Positions 18,637 through 26,107 of a DNA stretch of 48,942 nucleotides are shown in pieces (the stretch's first letter is position 1; every line of letters begins with the position of its first letter). A program made the translations under genes and the position numbers. The notes beneath the pieces are model-generated. The model was not told the origin of the DNA, made no database searches, and was given only the letters and a program-made list of their open reading frames with translations. Origin of the DNA: Nanobdellota archaeon (GTDB taxonomy: Archaea; Nanobdellota; Nanobdellia; Woesearchaeales; JACJVW01); contig JBNJGT010000002.1 in NCBI GenBank assembly GCA_051819765.1, positions 1 through 48,942 on the forward strand, given 5' to 3'.

Positions 18637-19638
18637 TTAATATATCTTTCTCTTAGACATCTTTCTAAGGTCTCTTTCAAGAAATTCCCTTACCTTTCCT
18701 TTTAAATCCTCGTCACAATCGATCTCTTTTACCTTCTCTTCCCAGTTGATATCCGGTATCCTTGTCAATGATCCATTGAACTCCCTTCCTGCATCAGCAA
18801 CCAGCTTTTCTATCATTCTGGCCTGTTCAGTATTGAACTTATTGATTGCCGGAAATTTGGTTATTCCATTTGCACCTGCTCTGAGGATAAGGTTTGTGTA
18901 GTCCACCTTTTTTGGGGTAAGTCCCGCCATAATCTTCAGTTTCGGAAATCTTATCCTTGTATTGGCAATCCACCATGCATAATCATTTGGTTCCGGACTT
19001 CTTGTAAAAGGGGTGCCTTTTACAGGTTTTAGTGCATAGAATGTTATCCTTTCAAGATCATTTTTTTCGATAAGTTCTGCAAGCACCTCAAAATCCTCTC
19101 TTTTCTCCCCAAGCCCTATTACTATTGTCATTGCAGTCTTGAATCCCATGTCTTGTGCATAGCCAAGCATCTCTGTATAAGGCTCGATTGGCTTGTCAGG
19201 GCATATTTCATCATGCAGATTCTGTTCAGCAGTCTCTATGGATGCACAAACTCCCTCTACATAAGGCTTTAATTGCTCAAGTTCTTCAGGCTTAAGGGCC
19301 CCCAGGTTGATCCAGATCTTTTTACCGTATGCCTCAGAGACCCATTTCGTGAATTGCACAATCTTTTCAAAGTCAAATATTCCATAGCCTCCTGTCAGGA
19401 ATTCAATATCCCATCCCAGATTACTCCCGATTATTGCATCTGTTATGACTGAGGCATCACTTCTCCTTGCCTTTGATGCATGTCTTATCTGGTGGCTTGT
19501 TGTTGACCTGAAACAGAACTTGCAAGTCCCGAGCTCACAATACCAACTAAGAAAAATGCATCTGCCGAACCAGGCATCTCTTCCGAATTCTTCAAGATGG
19601 ATTCTGTTTGCCTTTTCAATAAGCTCCATTGTTCTCAT
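18637..19638 (-). CDS. Radical SAM protein (BioB/HydE-like size) with CX4CX2C cluster motif
   Basis: [18 protein letters not shown] was verified at nucleotide level (tgt gag ctc ggg act tgc aag ttc tgt). SD AAGGAGGG lies 9 nt upstream of the ATG. Sits 22 nt upstream of ahcY. Confidence 0.7.
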   Translation of the reverse strand: MRTMELIEKANRIHLEEFGRDAWFGRCIFLSWYCELGTCKFCFRSTTSHQIRHASKARRSDASVITDAIIGSNLGWDIEFLTGGYGIFDFEKIVQFTKWVSEAYGKKIWINLGALKPEELEQLKPYVEGVCASIETAEQNLHDEICPDKPIEPYTEMLGYAQDMGFKTAMTIVIGLGEKREDFEVLAELIEKNDLERITFYALKPVKGTPFTRSPEPNDYAWWIANTRIRFPKLKIMAGLTPKKVDYTNLILRAGANGITKFPAINKFNTEQARMIEKLVADAGREFNGSLTRIPDINWEEKVKEIDCDEDLKGKVREFLERDLRKMSKRKIY

Positions 19639-19694
19639 CGAATCAATCCCTCCTTTAAATTATTTTGTAAGGTTTTTATAAGTGTTCCAAAAAC

Positions 19695-19702
19695 TTATTT
19701 AA
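19695..19702 (+). promoter_or_regulatory. TATA box (TTATTTAA)
   Basis: 24 nt upstream of the ATG at 19726. Confidence 0.55.
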
Positions 19703-19725
19703 GCAGACCTTTCTTAGCTTTTGTG

Positions 19726-21528
19726 ATGGCAATAGAGTACATCCCCGTTCTCCGGGCCTTCAACGACCTGCCCTTCAATGTCGGAAAGAAGCTTCTCATC
19801 GACTATCTCCGGGGTGCTGAGAACAATCCTTCAATCAAGAAGAACCGGCTGGACAAGCGCAGGACCTTTGGCTATTTCGAGCTCTACCAGCCCCAAGAGA
19901 TCGAGGAGATAATCGATCTGCTTCTCAAGCACAGGCTCCTCGAAGTGACAACCATCGAAGGGACCCATTACCGCGTGCTCACTCGTTCCAAGAAGGGGGA
20001 TTACGAGCTGGTTGACCCAAAGATGGCAGAGACCCTCAATAAGAAACCCGAGCGTCTCCCCACCTACACCACGACCATCACTGATGCCGAGCGCCAGGCA
20101 TTCCAGGCACTCGGCCCCTATCTCTCCTATTACAATGATTCTCAAAAAAAAGCAATCATCTGCAACGCGAAAAATATCCTCTGCATCGCCGGTGCAGGGA
20201 CCGGGAAGACGACTGTCCTCACACGCCGCATCGACTTCCTCATGAAGTATCGCTCGGTTGAGCCCCGAAAGGTCCTTGCCATAACCTTCACTCGAAAAGC
20301 CCGTGAAGAGATGCAACAACGGGTTGGTTCTGATAAGATTGCTATCCACACCTTCAATTCCTTCTGCGAGAAATACCTTTCCACCTTCGAGGATGTGGTC
20401 TACAAGAAAAAGACTGCGGTCGCGACCTTCAAGGATAAGATCAAGCTCATGACTCGTGCCCTGCAAAAGCAAAACCTTACCATGGATCAGGCCTTGCACA
20501 AGTATTTCAGCAAGGCAAAGCTCAAGCAGGGAAAAGACAAGCTCTCCTTCATGTTCCTCAACGACTGCTTATCTGTCATCGACCTGTGCAAGCTTGAAGA
20601 CCTCAAGTTCGAGGATTTCCACCAGCAGGAGTATGCCTTCATGATGCCTCTATGCCGGGAGATGTACGAATCCATGCAAAAACGCGGCCTTCGCGATTAC
20701 ACTGATCAGCTCCTGGACTGTATCAACTTCTTCAAGCAATACCCCTCTTATATCCCGAGATTCGACCACATCCTGGTTGATGAGTTCCAGGACGTCAACT
20801 CCCAGCAGATCGAGTTGCTGGATCTCCTAAAATCCCAAAACCTTTTCTGTGTGGGCGATCCCCGGCAATCCATCTACGGCTGGCGCGGCTCAAAGATAAA
20901 GTATATCCTTGAGTTCCCCCAACGGTATCAGGGAGCGGAGGTCATCAGTCTCACTGACAACTACCGCTCGGCTGAAAAAATCGTGAACGCGATAAACGCC
21001 GCGATCAAGCCCATGGGGCTTCCTGATCTGAAGAGCACAAAACCGGGCGGGCTTACTACCATCAAAAAGTTTGATTCTCAGGAAGAGGAATTCGATTTTG
21101 CGATCAAGACACTCTTGCAGAAGGCCTGTCCCCGAAACCAGATCTTCATCCTGGCAAGAACAAACAAGCAACTAAAGGATTTATCCGATTACCTGAAACA
21201 GCGAAACATCAAGCATCTTCTCAAGTCGGAAGACGGAAACGAGGTGCCTTTGCCAGATCAGGTGGTCCTCTCTACTGTCCATGCAATCAAAGGGCTTGAA
21301 GCAGAGGTGGTCTTTGCGATCGGCTGCAGTTTTCTCAACTATCCCTGTAAGGCCTCAGACCATCCAGTACTGGACGCAATCAAGGTTGAGGATTATGACA
21401 AGGAAGAGGAAGAACGTCGCCTGCTGTACGTGGCTCTCAGCCGGGCCCATCGTGAGCTCTATGTCACCTACACCGGCCAGAAGGCCCGCTTTATAACAGC
21501 GAATGTCCAGAAACTACTTAAGGGATGA
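19726..21528 (+). CDS. UvrD/PcrA-like superfamily 1 helicase with N-terminal RQC-like winged-helix segment
   Basis: LCIAGAGTGKTTVL (Walker A), HILVDEFQDVN (motif II), CVGDPRQSIYGWRGS, STVHAIKGLEAEVVF and LLYVALSRAHRELYV. The N-terminus FNVGKKLLIDYLRGAENNPSIKKNRLDKRRTFGYF resembles the RecQ RQC region. Confidence 0.8.
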   Translation: MAIEYIPVLRAFNDLPFNVGKKLLIDYLRGAENNPSIKKNRLDKRRTFGYFELYQPQEIEEIIDLLLKHRLLEVTTIEGTHYRVLTRSKKGDYELVDPKMAETLNKKPERLPTYTTTITDAERQAFQALGPYLSYYNDSQKKAIICNAKNILCIAGAGTGKTTVLTRRIDFLMKYRSVEPRKVLAITFTRKAREEMQQRVGSDKIAIHTFNSFCEKYLSTFEDVVYKKKTAVATFKDKIKLMTRALQKQNLTMDQALHKYFSKAKLKQGKDKLSFMFLNDCLSVIDLCKLEDLKFEDFHQQEYAFMMPLCREMYESMQKRGLRDYTDQLLDCINFFKQYPSYIPRFDHILVDEFQDVNSQQIELLDLLKSQNLFCVGDPRQSIYGWRGSKIKYILEFPQRYQGAEVISLTDNYRSAEKIVNAINAAIKPMGLPDLKSTKPGGLTTIKKFDSQEEEFDFAIKTLLQKACPRNQIFILARTNKQLKDLSDYLKQRNIKHLLKSEDGNEVPLPDQVVLSTVHAIKGLEAEVVFAIGCSFLNYPCKASDHPVLDAIKVEDYDKEEEERRLLYVALSRAHRELYVTYTGQKARFITANVQKLLKG

Positions 21529-21921
21529 CAGGCAGATCACGCTCCTGCTTGATACAATAGGGTACCTGTTCTTCATCTCAGAAAGGAACGTGCTGAATTC
21601 TGCAAGATCTCTGACCTGCACCTTCATGAAAACATCAAAGTCTCCTGAGATGCTGAATGCTTCAGTGATGCGCGAATCCTCCAGGGCTTGTTTTGGGAGC
21701 GGTTTTTCCAGCCCTAGAAGCAAGAGCACTGTCTGCGGGCTGAACGCAGGGCTCAATGAGATCGAGAATTTTGTGATCACGCCTTCTTTGATCAATCGTT
21801 GCATGCGCTGGTGCACCGTTGACTGCTTGATGCCGGTCTGCTGAGAAATCCATTTAATCGGGGCTCTAGCGTCCTGCTGCAGAGCTTCGATTATCCGCAG
21901 GTCCTTATCATCCAGTTCCAT
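21514..21921 (-). CDS. Lrp/AsnC family transcriptional regulator
   Basis: MELDDKDLRIIEALQQDARAPIKWISQQTGIKQSTVHQRMQRLIKEGVI plus a C-terminal ligand-binding-like half. Start set at the internal ATG 21921. Confidence 0.85.
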   Translation of the reverse strand: MELDDKDLRIIEALQQDARAPIKWISQQTGIKQSTVHQRMQRLIKEGVITKFSISLSPAFSPQTVLLLLGLEKPLPKQALEDSRITEAFSISGDFDVFMKVQVRDLAEFSTFLSEMKNRYPIVSSRSVICLSSLK

Positions 21922-21970
21922 TGTGAGGTAGGAAATGGCCCCCTTAGAACGAATATCCGGGGGGGTAGCG

Positions 21971-22627
21971 TTAGGAGGCCATTCCCTGCGAGTGTAATAC
22001 CAGTACAAATTCTCCTTTCGGTGTTATGTCCAGTTCTGAGGCTGTGCCGATGATATATTCCTCATGTCGCTTTGTGAGTTCCCGGCACACGCAGACCTGC
22101 CAGTCCGGCAGCTGCGCTGCGATGACCTGGAGGGTCTTTTCGATGCGATGGGGTGATTCGTAGCAGGCGATGGTATCGTTGCGTCCCTGCATTTCCCTGA
22201 AAAACGCCTCACGTCTCCCCTGCTTCTTTGGCACAAAGCCGTAGAAGCTAATGGCGTGCGTAGGGAATCCAGAGCCTGCAAGCGCCGTCACGAATGCGCT
22301 TGGCCCTGGGAGCGAGGTCACTTCGATCCCTTCCCTGCGGCAGGCCCGCACCAATGACACTCCAGGGTCCGAGATGCCTGGCATCCCTGAGTCAGTCACC
22401 AGCGCGACCTCCTCTGTCTGGAGTTTCTCCAGCAGCTTTGGGATCCTCTGCCGCTCATTGTGTTCATGGAATGAGGTGAGTGTGTTCTTGATGCCGTGAT
22501 GTTTCAGGAGCATCCCTGTTCGCCGTGTGTCTTCACACGCGATAAGGTCCACCTCTCGCAGCACCCGCAACGCCCGGAGTGTGATATCCTCCCGGTTTCC
22601 GATAGGGGTGGGGACCAGGTGAAGCAT
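21971..22627 (-). CDS. rsmI: 16S rRNA C1402 2'-O-methyltransferase RsmI-like (tetrapyrrole-methylase fold, bacterial type)
   Basis: LHLVPTPIGNREDITLRALRVLREVDLIACEDTRRT. Start at ATG 22627 is supported by a TATA 22 nt upstream. Confidence 0.8.
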   Translation of the reverse strand: MLHLVPTPIGNREDITLRALRVLREVDLIACEDTRRTGMLLKHHGIKNTLTSFHEHNERQRIPKLLEKLQTEEVALVTDSGMPGISDPGVSLVRACRREGIEVTSLPGPSAFVTALAGSGFPTHAISFYGFVPKKQGRREAFFREMQGRNDTIACYESPHRIEKTLQVIAAQLPDWQVCVCRELTKRHEEYIIGTASELDITPKGEFVLVLHSQGMAS

Positions 22628-22648
22628 ATGAATAATTTTAGTTCTCGT

Positions 22649-22656
22649 ATATAAAA
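22649..22656 (-). promoter_or_regulatory. TATA box (TTTTATAT on minus strand) of rsmI
   Basis: 22 nt upstream of the ATG at 22627. Confidence 0.5.
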
Positions 22657-22817
22657 GCTTTTCGAGATTTTCTAATATTAACTTTAGAATATAGATAAAT
22701 TTTAGAAATGCATTCTTGAATGACATTTTTTATTAATCTACCTTAAAGAATAAAAAATATTCATTATATGCTCTTAAATATAAGAAATAATACTAATATA
22801 GTTGAAAATGTAAGAAA

Positions 22818-23327
22818 TCATCTGGTAAGGGGGCTAAACCTCTGTTCTGCGTATAAGGTAGTTGAAGACTCACAATCCTTTGAATTTGCAGCAACGTACA
22901 CTGTCAGTTTCCCTTCATACACATCTTTTTGTTCCGGTAAGACTGTTACCGGATACACCTTGCTCTCTCCATGAGGGATCCCCATGGTTTCAATTGTTTT
23001 GAACCAGCTCCAGTTCCCCTGTTTTGATCTTTGTGGGCACTCTGAATTACGTACGCAAGAGATTCATGCCCATTCTATCCTAAAGCATCTGTTCTCGCCT
23101 GCATTTCGGATTGCAAAATGTATCTTCTTTGGAACCCCCGCTTCTGCCTCAATCTTAGTATCTTTCAATATTAATGTTTCACCGGTGTTTTCAATGTGCT
23201 TTGACAACCTATCTCTCAACTCTGGTTGTGTATCATTTGGCCATGGGTCCGGCATATAATAGACAAAAAGCAGAAGCGATGCAAGCAGGATGAGCGTCAC
23301 ACCAATCCTTTGCAGTAGCTGATTCAT
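22818..23327 (-). pseudogene. Membrane-anchored CARDB-like domain protein interrupted by a single in-frame TGA (23064-23066); paralogue of 23733-24611
   Basis: The 87-aa track ORF ends ...CFRIEWA-TGA. The same frame continues for 81 more codons: ISCVRNSECPQRSKQGNWSWFKTIETMGIP...GKLTVYVAANSKDCESS. This aligns with the C-terminus of the 292-aa neighbour: RIKWNCMEARYRACP..WSRFQSYETMSLP..GNLTIYVNTSAEEC. SD GGAGAGGTG is retained upstream. Confidence 0.7.
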
Positions 23328-23732
23328 GAAAATGCAACACCTCTCCCTGAGGTATTGTCCCCAACTCTTTCTTTGGAGTGCTTCAGTGACATGGTGATTG
23401 AGGGAGCGATCGATGCCAGATTCTCATGTTTGATGGTCGGGTGGCCAAAAAAAAGGGTAAGGATTTTCCAGGGCAAAGAAATGATGCACCTCTGAATACA
23501 GATGGGATTTCACCAGTGATTGTGATGGAGGGTAATGGGAAACTGATGCGATTGGTAAGAGTGCTAAACCCTGTGAGCATGGCTACTGCTCAATAATGGA
23601 ACTTTATCAAACTTTGCCTCAAAATGCATCGTTGCTCTTGTGTTTAGCCTATCTCTGTATAGGATAGCTGACTCGGCCTCTAACCCAACAGTCCTCTAAC
23701 CTTGATAAAGCAAAAAAATCAGCCATACCCCA

Positions 23733-24611
23733 CTAATTGACCTCAAGAGAGAAGGGTTCCACTGCATATATTCTATGATAGGTTGCCTCGTTGCACTCTT
23801 CGGCGCTGGTGTTAACGTAGATCGTCAGATTCCCTCTATAGTGGTCTGTTTCTAGTGGCACAAAGTCTGCATAGTAAGCGGCACTCTGGTTTTCAGGGAG
23901 GCTCATGGTTTCATAGGACTGAAACCTACTCCAGCTCTCTGAGCCTGTGGGGCATGCTCTATATCGGGCCTCCATGCAGTTCCACTTAATCCTGAAGCAG
24001 GCGTCAGGGCCAATATTCTTGATTGCAAATGGCATCAGATGTGGGATACCTGCCTCTATTTCGGTCTCAGGAAAAGCCAGATGAATAAGGTGGGATTGAT
24101 TAAGGGGGGCTATGAGATCCTCTGCCATGGCACTGGATATTGTGTACTTTGATGGTGGACATGAATATCTTCCCTCTAACTCCACATGAAATGGCATCAA
24201 CAAAACCAGTATGAACAAGCTCCATAAACTCCACCGTACTTGAGGCTTGCTGGCTAGGCCATATATCCCTCCCAATATGAGCGACGCTGGTAGGATGCCC
24301 AGAACAACAGCGGACCATATAGGGTCATCAACCAGTACCCTAATCGTAATTGCTGAAAAATATATCACTCCCCATGCCAACGGTGATACAAGTATGGCAA
24401 CCCCAACAAGAATTCGCCTTTTGGAGAGTAATTGAGCTGTACTCCATAGCCATACAGCAAGGAGCAGGAACCCGGCCAATCCCTGCAGGCTTGATACAGC
24501 TGCCAACAGCATGGGCATGCACAGTTTGCCTGCGACCAACTGCAGGATTACTGATACAAGAGATGTAACGCCAAGTGCTATGACTGAGTTTTTGAGGAAG
24601 CCTTCTTCCAT
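23733..24611 (-). CDS. Polytopic membrane protein with C-terminal extracytoplasmic CARDB-like domain
   Basis: 292 aa. About 5-6 N-terminal TM helices, then ETEIEAGIPHLMPFAIKNIGPDACFRIKWNC... SD AGGAGA lies 7 nt upstream of the ATG. Confidence 0.7.
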   Translation of the reverse strand: MEEGFLKNSVIALGVTSLVSVILQLVAGKLCMPMLLAAVSSLQGLAGFLLLAVWLWSTAQLLSKRRILVGVAILVSPLAWGVIYFSAITIRVLVDDPIWSAVVLGILPASLILGGIYGLASKPQVRWSLWSLFILVLLMPFHVELEGRYSCPPSKYTISSAMAEDLIAPLNQSHLIHLAFPETEIEAGIPHLMPFAIKNIGPDACFRIKWNCMEARYRACPTGSESWSRFQSYETMSLPENQSAAYYADFVPLETDHYRGNLTIYVNTSAEECNEATYHRIYAVEPFSLEVN

Positions 24612-24725
24612 GCGACTTCTCCTGGGTTCAGACTATATTAATCTTTTCTTTAAAAAGCCTCTACCGTCTAGCATAGAAAATTATTTAAACACGATAAACC
24701 GGCAACATTCACCAGTGGTGGTTAT

Positions 24726-25358
24726 ATGATCAAAGCATTTAAGCGAATGATGAATAAATTCATGCTGAATCTCTTCAAGAAGAAGAAACATGTAAAGATG
24801 GGGCTCTATGGTCCGCCAAACGGGGGAAAAACCACCCTTGCCAACCAGATCTGCAAGGACTGGCTGGGTGAGGAGATGGGCTCAACCTCTAATGTGGCCC
24901 ACGAGACCCGTGAGATCCAGATCAAGGAACAGATCAGCATCAAATCCAAAGGACGGGAACTCAGTTTCAACCTGGTGGATACCCCCGGGATTGCAACCCG
25001 TATCGATTATGAAGAATTCGTGAAAAAAGGGATGGATGAGGACGAGTCAAAGTCCCGGGCAAAAGAAGCGACCAAGGGAATCATCGATGCCATCAAGTGG
25101 CTTGACAACATGGACATAGTCATCATCGTTCTTGACGCAACTGTCGATCCCATGAGCCAGGTGAACATCACCATCATCGGTAACCTTCAGGCCCGAAACA
25201 TCCCTGTCCTGATTGTCGCAAACAAGATTGATCTTAAGAAAGCCAAGATTGAACGGGTCAAGGATGCCTTTCCCCAGTATGAGGTGGTAGGTGTCTCAGC
25301 AAAGTATGGGAATCACATGGATGATTTCTATGAGACCCTATTCAAGGTTGCCAAATGA
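24726..25358 (+). CDS. Small GTP-binding protein
   Basis: G1 GLYGPPNGGKTT, G3 LVDTPG, G4 VANKID, G5 VSAK. Confidence 0.85.
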   Translation: MIKAFKRMMNKFMLNLFKKKKHVKMGLYGPPNGGKTTLANQICKDWLGEEMGSTSNVAHETREIQIKEQISIKSKGRELSFNLVDTPGIATRIDYEEFVKKGMDEDESKSRAKEATKGIIDAIKWLDNMDIVIIVLDATVDPMSQVNITIIGNLQARNIPVLIVANKIDLKKAKIERVKDAFPQYEVVGVSAKYGNHMDDFYETLFKVAK

Positions 25359-25367
25359 GGATACACC

Positions 25368-25733
25368 ATGATTACATTACAGATAGTGCCCTACAGTGAA
25401 ATCGAACACCTTAGTTCCGTAGGACGGATAAGAAAACTGCTGACTATCTCAAAAGAGGACAAGATAGTTCTGCTTCAGGGTAGGCTTCGCAAGGATGAGG
25501 AAAAAGAGCTTATCAAAGCCACCATGGAAGAGATCAATGCCGATTTCACTGGTATAGAGATTGCAACCATAGATCCAAACGATACCTCCAGTATGTTCAG
25601 GAAGATGCTCAGCAACCTTTTGCTGGGAGATCGGCAGGGAATGACAATAATCGGTCCTGCATCAGTCGTTAAGGAGATTAAGAAAGATCCCTCCAAGATT
25701 GAGCTTCTGACCCAGGAGAAAAAGAAGAAATAA
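25368..25733 (+). CDS. Conserved archaeal small protein (DUF2073-like)
   Basis: 121 aa. KIVLLQGRLRKDEEKELIKATMEEINADFTGIEI matches my recollection of the DUF2073 family. Lies 9 nt after the GTPase gene. Confidence 0.55.
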   Translation: MITLQIVPYSEIEHLSSVGRIRKLLTISKEDKIVLLQGRLRKDEEKELIKATMEEINADFTGIEIATIDPNDTSSMFRKMLSNLLLGDRQGMTIIGPASVVKEIKKDPSKIELLTQEKKKK

Positions 25734-25735
25734 AA

Positions 25736-26107
25736 ATGCCGCACCAATGTGTACGCTGCTCGCGAATGTACGATGATGGAGCAAAGGAGATACTCCAGGG
25801 CTGTAGCTGCGGCTGCAAGATGTTCTTCTTTGTGAAGAAAGAGAAGCTCGAGGAAGCAAAAAAGGTCGCAGACAGCATCAAGCTCAGTGCTACAGAGAAA
25901 AAGCAGATTGAGGAGGACATCTATGACCTCATCGGAAGCCAGATTGAAAGCGATGCACCCGTCATCCTGGACCTTGAAGCCATCCGCATCCTCAAACCCG
26001 GAAAATACGAGCTGGATCTCACCCACCTCTTCAAGCGCGAACCACTGGTCTTTCGCTTGGAGGACGGTAAATACTATGTTGATATCTCAAAGAGCTTCAA
26101 GTCTTAG
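25736..26107 (+). CDS. Zn-ribbon protein (DUF2072-like)
   Basis: MPHQCVRCSRMYDDGAKEILQGCSCGCKMFFF carries a CxxC...CxC(x)C ribbon. Starts 2 nt after the previous stop. Confidence 0.6.
   Translation: MPHQCVRCSRMYDDGAKEILQGCSCGCKMFFFVKKEKLEEAKKVADSIKLSATEKKQIEEDIYDLIGSQIESDAPVILDLEAIRILKPGKYELDLTHLFKREPLVFRLEDGKYYVDISKSFKS

Noticed and set aside
19597-19725. Longest-ORF N-terminal extensions in the track. Track starts affected: 19597, 35864, 29087, 41952, 28344, 40568, 36872, 16432, and the minus-strand starts 18680, 22008, 22726, 33724, 34655, 27293, 13418, 47491, 48720.
   Set aside because: The extensions are motif-free and often run through the promoter or the upstream gene. An internal ATG is supported in each case by a TATA box at 22-25 nt, an SD, or an ATGA overlap, and by the point where family homology begins.
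23481-23547. C/D-box-like elements: ATGATGC..CTGA, then GTGATGG..13 nt..CTGA.
   Set aside because: The first C-to-D' spacing is only 4 nt. The boxes deviate from consensus, and the flanks cannot form a terminal stem.
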